Positions 44,923 to 55,263 of a stretch of DNA of 64,000 nucleotides are shown piece by piece (the stretch's first letter is position 1; each line of letters opens with the position of its first letter). Both the position numbers and the translations under genes were made by a program. Location of the stretch: positions 78,182-142,181 of the forward strand of contig CASEZG010000002.1 in NCBI GenBank assembly GCA_949292375.1, written 5' to 3'. The DNA comes from an uncultured Pseudomonadota bacterium. GTDB taxonomy: Bacteria > Pseudomonadota > Alphaproteobacteria > RF32 > CAG-239. The notes below the pieces were generated by a model. It was not told where the DNA came from, did not search any database, and saw nothing but the letters and a program-made list of their open reading frames with translations.

Positions 44923-45745
44923 TTTCCTCCAGCCACGAAATTATGTCATTATAATTACGAAAACGATATAAATCATTATGCCCTGCATAAGGATAGATAA
45001 TCATTTTTTTCGGTTCTTGAGCATATTGATATAAATTTTTTGCTAATTTTACAGGGACCAGCTTATCCGCATTTCCTCCCATAACCATTATCGGACTTTT
45101 TAGCTGTGAAACAAGCTCCAAATTATCGTAATAATGCTCTTTCATCAGACTACCTAACGGCAACGGAAGCTTAACTTTGTCCTGAACGACATTGGCCAAA
45201 CTATCAAACGGAACTTCCAAAATAACTGCGTTAACCGGATTTTCTTTTTGCAAATCATATGCTGTGTTCAGAGCCATATGTGAGCCTAAGGACATCCCGT
45301 AAATTATGATGTCCTCATTGTTATATCCCATTTTTTGCAGCTCTTTTACCGCAGCAAGAGCATCCGCTTCTAAGTTTTTTTGATTAATTTCACCATCAAG
45401 CCCGCCAAAGCCTCTATATTCCGGCAAAAAGACGCCATAACCTTTTCTTGCAAAAGGCACGAGTTTGTGGAAAAAACCTTCAATGTTATGCGCATTACCA
45501 TGCATAAAAACAATAACTTTTTTATCTTCTTTAGGCTTAACATACCATCCCAAAAGTTTTGTTCCGTCTGCGGATTTATATTCCTTTTGCTCAACTGTTA
45601 GCCCACTTTCCTTCGCCTCCGAAATATCAGAAGCAATGTCTGACGGAGCATAAAACAACATCTGCGGTACAAAAATTATTAACCCGCAAAGCACAGCATA
45701 GACACCGGCCCAAAGTCCCGCAGCATAAATTAAAATCTTTTTCAT
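44903..45745 (-). CDS. Membrane-anchored alpha/beta hydrolase
   Basis: N-terminal TM, HGNAHN oxyanion region, nucleophile elbow GMSLGS, C-terminal GHND. Confidence 0.8.
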   Translation of the reverse strand: MKKILIYAAGLWAGVYAVLCGLIIFVPQMLFYAPSDIASDISEAKESGLTVEQKEYKSADGTKLLGWYVKPKEDKKVIVFMHGNAHNIEGFFHKLVPFARKGYGVFLPEYRGFGGLDGEINQKNLEADALAAVKELQKMGYNNEDIIIYGMSLGSHMALNTAYDLQKENPVNAVILEVPFDSLANVVQDKVKLPLPLGSLMKEHYYDNLELVSQLKSPIMVMGGNADKLVPVKLAKNLYQYAQEPKKMIIYPYAGHNDLYRFRNYNDIISWLEENEKGFN

Positions 45746-46846
45746 GCCTCGCCTACCTTACCTGCCAATGCTGCCGACAAAAACAAATCAATGTCGCCAT
45801 CCAAAACGGCCTTAGTATCCGAGGTTTCAGCTTCGGTTCGCAAATCCTTGACCATTTTATAGGGTTGCAAAACATAAGAACGAATCTGATAACCCCAGCC
45901 GTTATCACCCTGAGAATCGCGAATCCCCTGGGCCTCGGCCTCACGCTTTTTAAGCTCAATCTCATACAAACGTGCTTTCAACATATTCCAAGCACTTTCG
46001 CGGTTTTGGAACTGAGAACGTTGGCTTTGACATTGGACTACAATACCTGTCGGAATATGGGTGATGCGTACGGCAGAATCTGTTTTATTAATATGTTGTC
46101 CGCCCGCACCCGAGGCTCTATAAGTATCTACCCGACAATCTGCCTCATTAATTGCTATCTCGATTTTATCATCAATTACCGGATAGACGCCAACCGAAGC
46201 AAAACTCGTATGACGGCGACCCGCACTGTCAAAAGGCGAAATTCTCACCAAACGATGCACTCCGGTTTCCGACTTTAGCCAACCATAGGCATTATGACCG
46301 CAGATTTTTATGGTTACTGATTTTATGCCGGCAACATCGCCTTCCGTTTCTTCTACATATTCAACTTTATATTTATGTGCTTCTGCCCAACGAGTGTACA
46401 TTCTAAGTAGCATTTCTGCCCAATCCTGAGCCTCTGTACCACCGCTTCCGGCATGGACCTCCAAATAAGCATCATTAGCATCAACCTCTCCTGAAAGCAA
46501 AGCCTCTAGCTCGCCTCTTCGTGCTTGTTGCGCCAAATCATCCATTTGTTGTTTGATATCAGAAACTAAAGCCTCGTCGCCCTCTTCTTCCGCCATCTCG
46601 ACTAAACCGCATAAATCATTTAAAGAGCTTTCCATCTCCTGATAATTATTGATAGCCTCTTCCAGATTATTTTTTTCAGACATCAAGCGCTGCGCTTTGT
46701 CTGCATCGTCCCATAATTTGGGATCTTCAGAGAGTGTATTTAACTCATCCAACCGGAGTAAGGCATTATCATAGTCAAAGAGACCTCCTCAGCAGCTCCA
46801 AAGAGTGCTTTATTTGTGTGGCTATTTCGCTTATTTCGGCTCTCAT
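45742..46846 (-). CDS. prfB: Peptide chain release factor 2, expressed via programmed +1 frameshift
   Basis: Frame 0 runs from ATG 46846: [23 protein letters not shown]-stop (TGA at 46777-46775). The +1 frame continues [13 protein letters not shown]... into the 336-aa ORF of the track. SPF and GGQ ([10 protein letters not shown]) motifs are present. Confidence 0.9.
46774..46790 (-). promoter_or_regulatory. prfB autoregulatory +1 frameshift site
   Basis: The minus strand reads AGGAGG-tct-CTT-TGA-C, i.e. an internal Shine-Dalgarno followed by the canonical CUU UGA C slippery/stop context. Confidence 0.85.
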
Positions 46847-46860
46847 TCTACTTAATTCTC

Positions 46861-49329
46861 CTAATATTCCGCACCCAACTGAAAATCACTGTTGGAAGAG
46901 TTCTCAAAAACCGCTCCGCTTTCGGTATTATTATCATTCTCGGCTTCCGTATTGCTTCCGATAACACGTTGGCGGACTTTGTCAAAATCAAAATCAGGTT
47001 TTAAGGCCTCAACAATTACGGATTTATCTGTCGGAACTGCCGGTTTGCCCGTGTCGTGGTTAATTCTTACCAATTTTATACCTTGCGGAATACGGAACGG
47101 AATATCCGGCTGATTGGCCAAGGCTTCTTTCATAAAACCGTAGAATATCGGCAAGGCGGCCGCGGCACCTGTTTCTCTTCTGCCTAAGGTTCTCGGTTCA
47201 TCAAAGCCAACATATACGCCGACAACCAAATCCGGCGAAAATCCCATAAACCATGCATCTTTATTCTGGTTTGAGGTGCCGGTTTTTCCTGCCAAGTGTT
47301 TGCCTATGGAACGCAATCTGGCACCGGTTCCGCGCAAAGCAACACCTTCCAAAATACTGGTCATTTGGTAAGCTGATAAGGGGTCGACTATTTGTTCTCT
47401 GGAATCTGCCAAATGCGGAATTTCCTGATTTTCAAACTTATCTGCATTGCAATTTTCACAAGCTCTTTTATCTTGCTTCAAAATCGTTTTTCCTTCACGA
47501 TTTTGAATGCGCTCAATGAAATATGGCTCAACCTTTTTGCCTCCGTTTACAATGACAGCATAGGCACTTGCCATATCTATCAGTCTTGTATCACCGGCTC
47601 CGAGCGACATTGACAACAGTTCGGGCAAGTTCGGATTTACACCAATGCGCTTGGATAGCTCTGAAACCTTATCCATTCCGACATCTTGCGCCAAACGCAC
47701 CGTCATTAGATTGCGCGATTTTTCAATTCCCTGACGCAAAGTCATTAAGCCATAAAATTTCTTAGAATAGTTTTCCGGTTTCCACTTTGGCAAACCTGCT
47801 CCTTGGTCTAAAACAAATGGGGCATCTAAAATTAAATCTGTCGGAGAATAACCATTTTCCAAAGCCGTCAGATAAACAAAGGGCTTGAATGCCGAACCTG
47901 TTTGCCGACGCGCCTGAGTTGCTCGGTTAAATTGTGACTTTTTAAAAGAATAGCCACCGACAACAGCCAAGACTTTACCTGTGTGGGGGTCCATGGCTAT
48001 CAACGCGCCTTCTGCATTCGGAACTTGACGCAATTCATAGCTATTTTCGGCTAATTTTTTGGCTTTGATTGTTTTTTCCGAAGCATGTTCAACATAAACA
48101 ATGTCGCCTTTATGCAAAACGTCGGAAGCTGCTTTCGGAGCTCCGCCGACATCTTGCGTCTTGGGCAAATTCTTTCTTGCCCAACCAAGCAAACTTAAAG
48201 GTATTTCGCCTTTTTCATTCTCTGCCGTTTCAATCAAAGCCTTGTCTGTTTTTACATCCAAGACAATTGCTTTTTGCCAGCTAGCATCTGCACCCTTAGG
48301 CATTTCAACCTTATCAAAATTCTCTTTGTATTTTTCATCTAAGGCTATATTGGCAACGGGTCCGCGCCAACCGTGTCTGCGGTCATAGTTCATTATCTCA
48401 TCATGAAAAACTTTGGTTGCAATGTTTTGAAGCTTGGGGTCTAAGGTTGTTCTGACAATCAGGCCTCCTTCGTACAAGGCTTCGTCTCCAAAATCATCGC
48501 TGATTTCGCGTCTTACTTCCTCGCTGAAATATTCGGCATTTTTTAAGAATCCGCTACTGCGCTCTACTGTCAATAAAGGCTTTTCTTTGGCTTTTTCCGC
48601 CTCTTCCTGTGTTATGTAGCCCTCTTCCGCCATACGATCCAAAACCCAGTTACGACGACCGACTGCCGCTTCATATTTGCGTTTTGGGTGGTAATTGTTC
48701 GGACCTTTGGGCAACGCAGCCAAATAAGCTATTTCTTCAATATTCAGCTCGTTTAAGGATTTTCCGAAATAGTTTAATGCGGCGGCAGCTACACCATAGG
48801 AGCGATTGCCCAAATAAATCTCATTCAAATATAACTCCAAAATGTGGTCTTTGCTGAAAGCGTTCTCAATACGGGTTGCCAAAATAGCTTCTTTAATCTT
48901 GCGTGTGTAAGAAAGCTCTGAAGACAACAGCATATTTTTAGCAACTTGCTGTGTAATGGTTGATGCCCCTGCCGGACGACGTCCCGTTCCGATATTTTTG
49001 ATATTGCCGAGCATTGCGCGAATAATGCCCAGATAATCTATCCCGCCATGGGTATAAAAATTTTTGTCTTCCGCGGCAATAAAAGCATTTTTAACCTGAT
49101 CCGGTATCTTGTCTATCGGCACGAAGAATCGTTTTTCAGCGGCATATTCCATCAAAAGCTGACCATCACCGGCGTAAAGACGCGTGGTTACGGGAGGTTC
49201 ATATTTTTCTAATTGATGGTAATCAGGAAGTTCTCCTGCATATTTCCACAGGCTGCTGATTATGATGACAAAACCAATAACCGCGAAAAAGAAAAATGTG
49301 CTTAGTAGTGACGATAGTGTTTTAAACAT
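46861..49329 (-). CDS. mrcA: Penicillin-binding protein 1A (bifunctional transglycosylase/transpeptidase)
   Basis: GT51 motifs (FIAAEDKNFYTHGGID; RKIKEA), TP motifs SAFK and KTGTSN, N-terminal TM. Confidence 0.9.
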   Translation of the reverse strand: MFKTLSSLLSTFFFFAVIGFVIIISSLWKYAGELPDYHQLEKYEPPVTTRLYAGDGQLLMEYAAEKRFFVPIDKIPDQVKNAFIAAEDKNFYTHGGIDYLGIIRAMLGNIKNIGTGRRPAGASTITQQVAKNMLLSSELSYTRKIKEAILATRIENAFSKDHILELYLNEIYLGNRSYGVAAAALNYFGKSLNELNIEEIAYLAALPKGPNNYHPKRKYEAAVGRRNWVLDRMAEEGYITQEEAEKAKEKPLLTVERSSGFLKNAEYFSEEVRREISDDFGDEALYEGGLIVRTTLDPKLQNIATKVFHDEIMNYDRRHGWRGPVANIALDEKYKENFDKVEMPKGADASWQKAIVLDVKTDKALIETAENEKGEIPLSLLGWARKNLPKTQDVGGAPKAASDVLHKGDIVYVEHASEKTIKAKKLAENSYELRQVPNAEGALIAMDPHTGKVLAVVGGYSFKKSQFNRATQARRQTGSAFKPFVYLTALENGYSPTDLILDAPFVLDQGAGLPKWKPENYSKKFYGLMTLRQGIEKSRNLMTVRLAQDVGMDKVSELSKRIGVNPNLPELLSMSLGAGDTRLIDMASAYAVIVNGGKKVEPYFIERIQNREGKTILKQDKRACENCNADKFENQEIPHLADSREQIVDPLSAYQMTSILEGVALRGTGARLRSIGKHLAGKTGTSNQNKDAWFMGFSPDLVVGVYVGFDEPRTLGRRETGAAAALPIFYGFMKEALANQPDIPFRIPQGIKLVRINHDTGKPAVPTDKSVIVEALKPDFDFDKVRQRVIGSNTEAENDNNTESGAVFENSSNSDFQLGAEY

Positions 49330-49433
49330 AAAAAAGCATCCGAAAAATTAATTAATTTTTTGCGTTATCTGCAATTTAGTACAAATTATCTCAATAGAAC
49401 AGCAAAATTTTATGTATGTTGAATAATTTTTAG

Positions 49434-50675
49434 TCAGAAGATTGAGGCATGCTGCATATTGTCAAAAAACTTATTAACTGCCTTTGTTGTGGATACGGCA
49501 AGTTTTTTGCGGTAAGAGGCTTGCTTCAGCAAGCGTTCTTCCGTGCGGTTTGACAAATAACCCATTTCGAGCAAGGCCGACGGAATATCCGGAGCTTTTA
49601 AGACCGCGAATCCGGCAAAACGATGTGTATTGTCCACTAACTGAACAGATTTGCGCATCTCCTGAACCATAAAGGTTGCAAACTCAGAAGAGCGGTTCAT
49701 ACTTTCTCGTTGTGCCAAATTGATTAAGATATCCGAAACCTCTTTGGAATGTTCCACAAGATTGAGACCGCCGATAACATCCGCCTTATTTTCTCTTTCA
49801 GCCAAAGCCTCGGCTTCTTTGTCTGACGCCGTTTCTGAAAGCGTGTAAACAGACAAACCTTTAGCACTACGATTAACGGCACTGTCAGCGTGGATGGATA
49901 AGAACAAATCAGCCTTATAACGACGAGCAATTCTTACACGCTCACGCAGGGGAATAAAAATATCCGTGCTACGCGTTAGATAAACCTTATAGCCTTCTTT
50001 TTCCAAAATCTTTTTAAGTTCCTTGCCCATTGCCAAAGTTATGTTCTTTTCATAAACACCCGAATAACCGATGGCTCCGGGGTCACGTCCGCCATGTCCG
50101 GGGTCTAAGACAATGATTTTTTTAGAATCTTTTTTGACGGTTTTAACCGGATTTGAGCGCGATTTTGAGACAACTTTTTTCGGCGAAGAATCGCTCGAGA
50201 AAACATGATCAGAACCGACTTTAGAGGCAAACTCTCGCTCTGATGCAACAGACACATCCACAACAAAGCGCCACCCGAAAGTTGATTGGGGCGGCAACAT
50301 AAAGGCTTTTTTAATGATGGCCGGCTTTTTCAAATCAAAAACAATTCGGGTTCCGTCCGTACCCACGCTTCCCAGCCTTGTTTGGCTAACCAGATTATTT
50401 TTATCGTTGTAATCTTCTAATTTTTTGCTGACATTAATATCAAAAGTATCCACAACCAGACGCTTGGGATTGTTAAGCAAAAACACTTTATAATCAAACT
50501 TCTTATCCGCATCCAAAACGATACGAACCGTTCCTACTCCCTGACCTATCCGCATAGATTTGATACCGGAGGCAGCTTCCGCCGAATAAGAGAAAAGCAT
50601 AGCACACAAAAGCAACAGGCAGCAAAACGCTCTACCCGCGAAAAACTTCAAAAGATTTTTCAATGCCTTTGTCAT
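49434..50675 (-). CDS. amiC: N-acetylmuramoyl-L-alanine amidase (AMIN domain plus Amidase_3)
   Basis: Signal peptide, AMIN-like region (VRIVLDADKKFDYKVF...RLVVD), catalytic domain IVLDPGHGGRDPGA...SIHADS. Confidence 0.85.
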   Translation of the reverse strand: MTKALKNLLKFFAGRAFCCLLLLCAMLFSYSAEAASGIKSMRIGQGVGTVRIVLDADKKFDYKVFLLNNPKRLVVDTFDINVSKKLEDYNDKNNLVSQTRLGSVGTDGTRIVFDLKKPAIIKKAFMLPPQSTFGWRFVVDVSVASEREFASKVGSDHVFSSDSSPKKVVSKSRSNPVKTVKKDSKKIIVLDPGHGGRDPGAIGYSGVYEKNITLAMGKELKKILEKEGYKVYLTRSTDIFIPLRERVRIARRYKADLFLSIHADSAVNRSAKGLSVYTLSETASDKEAEALAERENKADVIGGLNLVEHSKEVSDILINLAQRESMNRSSEFATFMVQEMRKSVQLVDNTHRFAGFAVLKAPDIPSALLEMGYLSNRTEERLLKQASYRKKLAVSTTKAVNKFFDNMQHASIF

Positions 50676-51188
50676 ATCTTTCCGTAAAAATGTTAAACCT
50701 ATTTTGATTATAAGAAATACTTATTACCAATATATTAAAGCCACAAATAAAAAAACTTAATCTTCCGCATAAATTTGCTGTTGTGTTTTAAATCAAATCG
50801 TATATTCTAGAGCGGAATTGTATGTATTTTTATGTATCGGCTTTAGGTCTTCATACAGAATTTGGAACATTTTTTCAAGGTCTAAATTTCGGTACCGCCG
50901 TTTTTCATAGCGAAAAATGTGCTTTGCATACAATGATGAGGAAAAGATTTTTGCCGGATTAAGGTCCGCGGGTTTTGAGCACGAATAATAAATAAGCAAT
51001 AAAGATGCTTGAAGCCAAAGAGAGAGAGTTTTTATATACGAGGCTTCCCTATATGGTTGAAGCTTTGGATGTTTGTTGATAAACTCGTATGTTACGGGTG
51101 TTGGGTTTAGTTTAAACACTCCCTCGGCCTACCGGCTGGTGAAATTTCTTGCGGCAAAAAATGCCGTAAGCTATTATGGAGTTTGTTT

Positions 51189-53864
51189 ATGACTAAAAGA
51201 ATGCTGATTGATGACACGCATCCGGAAGAAACTCGCGTTGTTGTCGTTAACGGAAATAAGGTTGAAGATGTTGAGTTTGAATCAAGCAACCGCAAACAAA
51301 TCAAAGGCAATATTTATTTAGCAAAAGTTATGAGGATTGAGCCCTCGCTGCAAGCCGCTTTTGTGGATTATGGCGGGAACAAACATGGCTTCTTGGCTTT
51401 TGGAGAAATCCATCCAGATTATTATAACATTTCTGATGAAGAAATGGCTGAGGTCGACAAAGAAGTTGATGCGATTATTGAGGCAAAGAAGCAGGCTTTG
51501 AAAGAGCGTGAAGAACAGCGCGAAAGACAACGTATTGAACGCGCGGAGCGTCGTGCCCAATATGAAGCAAAAAAAGCTCAGGAAGAGGCTGAAAAAGCCG
51601 CTGCTCTTGCCGCTGCAGAGGCTCAAAAGTCAGCCGAATCTCAGGAAGAAATTGCAAAACAGCCTGAAGAAGTTTGCACCTCTCAAGAAAGTGTTCCAAC
51701 ACAAAGCGTTGCCGAAGATGTTTCGGAAACGGCTCCCGTTGCCATGGAACCCGTGGCTGAAGAAAATGCACAACCTGTTGTCGAAGATGCTCATGCTGCT
51801 GAAGAACGCGCCATCGAGGAAGAAGCTGCTTCGGACACCAAACCGCGCAAAAGAAGAATCCTGAAAAAACGTTATAAGAAGAAACTTGCCGAAGAACAAG
51901 AGAAAGCTGAGCTCAAAGTTTTGAGCGAAGCTACCGGTACGGAAGAGGAATCCGTTAGCGAAGAAGTTTCGGAAAATAATGACAACGAAGAAAATCTCAA
52001 ACAAGAGAAATCATCTTCTTACGTAAATGATGATGATGCCGTCGATGATGACGATGAAGATGAAGAATATGACTTTGAACTGCAAAGAAAACTGATTAAG
52101 GTCAGAAAACTTTATCATCGCAGCAATATCCAAGACGTGATTAAAGAAGGACAAATTTTAGTTGTTCAGGTTGTTAAGGAAGAACGCGGCAACAAAGGTG
52201 CGGCAATGACAACTTATTTGTCTTTGGCCGGACGCTATTGCGTTTTGATGCCCAACCGCATTAAGAGCGGCGGTGTCTCCCGTAAGATTACGAATGCGGC
52301 TGACCGCAAACGCCTTAAGGCTATTGTCAAAGAGCTTCCGTTAACCAGCGATATGTCTATGATTGTTCGTACCGCAGGTGAAGACAAGACAAAAGCTGAT
52401 ATTGTGCGCGACTACAACTATCTTATTCGTTCTTGGAATCAGATACGCTTAGATGCTTTGAAAAATACGGCTCCGGCTCTTATTCATGAAGAAGGGAATC
52501 TGATTAAGCGCGCTTTACGTGATATGTACACCAAAGATATTTCAGAAATTATCGTTGATGGTGACAAAGCATATCAGATGGCCAGAGATTTTGTTAAAAT
52601 TCTCTCTCCGCATAATTTGAAGAAGATAAAGTCTTGCAAAAAGAACGATATTCCTTTGTTCCAACGTTTTCAGGTTGAAAGCCAGCTTGACAAACTTCAT
52701 GACTGCAATGTTCAACTTGAATCCGGCGGCTATCTGGTGATTAATCCGACCGAGGCTTTGGTCTCGATTGATGTTAACTCCGGTCGGGCGACCAAAGAAA
52801 AGGATTTGGAAGAAACCGCTCTTAAAACCAATTTGGAAGCAGCCGATGAAATTGCTAAGCAGCTCAGAATGCGTAATCTTGCAGGCTTAATTGTGGTTGA
52901 CTTTATTGATATGGAAGACCCGCAAAATAACCACGCCGTTGAAAAACGGATGAAGGAGGTGATGAAGCAAGATAGAGCTCGTGTACAAATCGCTAAAATG
53001 AGTTGTTTCGGCTTGCTTGAAATCTCTCGCCAGAGAATGCATTCCTCCTTCATGGAAAGCAATTATCAAGTTTGTCCGCATTGCCATGGTATGGGTGTAG
53101 TCAGAACAACAGAATCCGGTGCTGTACTTATTTTGCGGGTTATTGAAGAAGAAGGCATTAAGAACCGTTCCGCTAAAATCAGCATCACGGTTCCGACAGA
53201 TATTGCCATCTATCTCTTAAACCAAAAACGTCAGACGCTTTGTTCTTTGGAACAACGTTACAATATGGAGATTGTGGTTTGCGCCGATGACAGTATTAAA
53301 AATGTTTCGGAATATAAGTTAGAAAGGATTAAAAGCCTAAAAGAAGCAGCTAAAGAAGCTGATGAAGAAAAGAAATCCGCTAGCGACGTTGCGGAGGAAA
53401 AAGTCACTGACGAAAATTCCGTAAACGAAGCAAAATCGGAAGAAAACAATCGGAAACAAAGAGGTCGTCGTAATAATAGGAGACAACAACAGCAAGTTGA
53501 AAATGCAAATGAAACTACTGAAGAAAAAGTTTCCGATGTTAGTGCTTCAGAAGAAAATGAAGCTCAAGAAACTGAAAAGACTTCTGATGATATGGCGGAA
53601 AACAATGAATATAACAAAGAAAGAAGAAACTTCCGCAGAGATCGTCGCCGCGACAGAAGAGGCCGCGACAGACGTCGGGACAGAAGAAATCGCGACAACA
53701 GACAAAATGGAGCTTCTTCTCAGGAAAACGAGCATCATAAAGAAAAAGCCGAAACAATCATCTTATATAATTCGCATGAGGATATTAAGCCACAAGGTGC
53801 AGAGGCTCAAGATGAAGCTGCGAAACAGGAGAAAACGAACTGGTGGCGAAAACTTATCGGATAA
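51189..53864 (+). CDS. rne: Ribonuclease E
   Basis: MTKRMLIDDTHPEETRVVVV...IKGNIYLAKV (S1 domain), DVIKEGQILVVQVVKEERGNKGAAMTTYLSLAGRY, VSIDVNSG, and CPHCHGMG (Zn link). The C-terminus is Arg-rich (RRDRRRDRRGRDRRRDRRNRD). Confidence 0.9.
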   Translation: MTKRMLIDDTHPEETRVVVVNGNKVEDVEFESSNRKQIKGNIYLAKVMRIEPSLQAAFVDYGGNKHGFLAFGEIHPDYYNISDEEMAEVDKEVDAIIEAKKQALKEREEQRERQRIERAERRAQYEAKKAQEEAEKAAALAAAEAQKSAESQEEIAKQPEEVCTSQESVPTQSVAEDVSETAPVAMEPVAEENAQPVVEDAHAAEERAIEEEAASDTKPRKRRILKKRYKKKLAEEQEKAELKVLSEATGTEEESVSEEVSENNDNEENLKQEKSSSYVNDDDAVDDDDEDEEYDFELQRKLIKVRKLYHRSNIQDVIKEGQILVVQVVKEERGNKGAAMTTYLSLAGRYCVLMPNRIKSGGVSRKITNAADRKRLKAIVKELPLTSDMSMIVRTAGEDKTKADIVRDYNYLIRSWNQIRLDALKNTAPALIHEEGNLIKRALRDMYTKDISEIIVDGDKAYQMARDFVKILSPHNLKKIKSCKKNDIPLFQRFQVESQLDKLHDCNVQLESGGYLVINPTEALVSIDVNSGRATKEKDLEETALKTNLEAADEIAKQLRMRNLAGLIVVDFIDMEDPQNNHAVEKRMKEVMKQDRARVQIAKMSCFGLLEISRQRMHSSFMESNYQVCPHCHGMGVVRTTESGAVLILRVIEEEGIKNRSAKISITVPTDIAIYLLNQKRQTLCSLEQRYNMEIVVCADDSIKNVSEYKLERIKSLKEAAKEADEEKKSASDVAEEKVTDENSVNEAKSEENNRKQRGRRNNRRQQQQVENANETTEEKVSDVSASEENEAQETEKTSDDMAENNEYNKERRNFRRDRRRDRRGRDRRRDRRNRDNRQNGASSQENEHHKEKAETIILYNSHEDIKPQGAEAQDEAAKQEKTNWWRKLIG

Positions 53865-55204
53865 GCAATTCGTTGAGCAAAATCTTTTTAGGGCTGATTT
53901 GCAGTATCTTGCTGCAATCAGCTCTTTTGTCCTATGCCAAAGCAGATTCAATCAGCCTAATTTCGGATGAAGAAACCGAACAATTCTTAGCCAAACAATT
54001 ACAACCTATTTTCAAAGCTGCAGGAATTCCCTTTAACCGAAACAACATTTATATCGTTAATGACGATAGCCTAAACGCTTTTGTCAGTGATGGAAATAAT
54101 ATGTTTGTTAATACGGGAACATTGATTAAGGCTGATAATGAAAATGAAATTGTCGGAGTTCTGGCGCACGAAACCGGACATATTATGGGTGGACATATTC
54201 TGCGGCAAAAACTAAAGATGCAAAATATGCAACAAGTTAGTCTGGCGTCTATGCTTGCAGCCGGAGCTGCTGCTGCCGCGACGGGAAGAGCTGATGCAGC
54301 AATGGCGATTATGATGGGGACGCAAAGTTCGGTGCTTAATGCTATGATGGCTTATCAGGTAGAGGAAGAGAGAAGTGCTGATGAATCTGCCGTTAAGTTG
54401 TTGAATATGACTCAGCAAAGCTCTGCGGGGATGTGTAATTTTATGAAAAAAATCGCACATCAAAATCGGCTAAGCGGTATCAGCGAAAATCCGTATTTTA
54501 GAACGCACCCCGTAACATCCGAAAGAATCAGATTTTTAGACAATGCGGCAAAAGCATCTCCTTATACCAAAGAAACCAAACCAAGTGAAGAATTTTTGCG
54601 GATTAGGGCTAAACTTATTGCTTTTTTGGAAGATGCCAACAAAGTTTTGCAAAAATACCCGCTCAGCGACAAATCTGTTGCCGCGCGTTATGCTCAATCC
54701 ATTGCATTTTTCAGAATGCTTAAGCTTAATCAATCTCTTGAGCTGATTAATGGGTTAATTGCGGAAGAGCCGGACAATCCCTATTTTCACGAGCTCAAAG
54801 GACAAATTTTTATGGAAACGGGAAAGATTAAACCGGCAAAAATTGAATATCAAAAAGCTCTTTCTTTGTTGCCAAATTCCGCTTTGTTTCAAATTAATTT
54901 GGCTCATGCCGCTTTGGAGGATGCGCCCTCTCCTTCAGAGCTTAAGCAAATTGTGGCTTTGCTTAATAAATCTATTTTGCAAAAACCCGATACTTATGGC
55001 TGGTTGCTGCTTGCACGAGCTTATGGTGAGTTAAACGATGTGGCCAACTCGAACTATGCTTCTGCTGAATATAGCTTGCGCATTGGTGCATATGATATTG
55101 CTAAAAAACAAGCAAACACAGCTCTGAAAGCGACATCGTCACCTCAACTCAAACTCAAAATTAATGATTTGCTTAATCGACTAGACGAGCTTAAATCAGC
55201 TTAA
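53843..55204 (+). CDS. M48-family metalloprotease with C-terminal TPR domain (BepA/YfgC-like)
   Basis: Signal peptide, HETGHIMGGH (HExxH), TPR-like C-terminus. The start is uncertain: GTG at 53843 overlaps the rne end, and TTG at 53873 is an alternative. Confidence 0.8.
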   Translation: MAKTYRISNSLSKIFLGLICSILLQSALLSYAKADSISLISDEETEQFLAKQLQPIFKAAGIPFNRNNIYIVNDDSLNAFVSDGNNMFVNTGTLIKADNENEIVGVLAHETGHIMGGHILRQKLKMQNMQQVSLASMLAAGAAAAATGRADAAMAIMMGTQSSVLNAMMAYQVEEERSADESAVKLLNMTQQSSAGMCNFMKKIAHQNRLSGISENPYFRTHPVTSERIRFLDNAAKASPYTKETKPSEEFLRIRAKLIAFLEDANKVLQKYPLSDKSVAARYAQSIAFFRMLKLNQSLELINGLIAEEPDNPYFHELKGQIFMETGKIKPAKIEYQKALSLLPNSALFQINLAHAALEDAPSPSELKQIVALLNKSILQKPDTYGWLLLARAYGELNDVANSNYASAEYSLRIGAYDIAKKQANTALKATSSPQLKLKINDLLNRLDELKSA

Positions 55205-55213
55205 GTTTTTAGT

Positions 55214-55246
55214 AAAAGCACATAAAAATCTTATATGTGCTTTTTA
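55214..55246. terminator. Bidirectional terminator (M48 protease / cheR convergent)
   Basis: GCACATA-aaaatctta-TATGTGC followed by TTTTT. Confidence 0.5.
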
Positions 55247-55263
55247 TTTGTTATATCTAAGCG

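Noticed and set aside
45559-46278. 239-aa plus-strand ORF
   Set aside because: It lies fully antisense to prfB, whose identity (SPF and GGQ motifs) is unambiguous. It has no motif content.
50793-51119. 108-aa minus-strand ORF in the amiC-rne intergenic region
   Set aside because: It has odd composition, no RBS and no recognisable motif. The region is more plausibly the long rne leader/promoter. Retained only as part of the rne leader finding.
51318-52004. Several minus-strand and alternative-frame ORFs (102, 98, 118 and 124 aa) inside the rne 5' part
   Set aside because: They fall in the E/K/A-rich insertion, where the repetitive GAA/AAA/GCT codon composition keeps other frames open. RNase E is the real gene.
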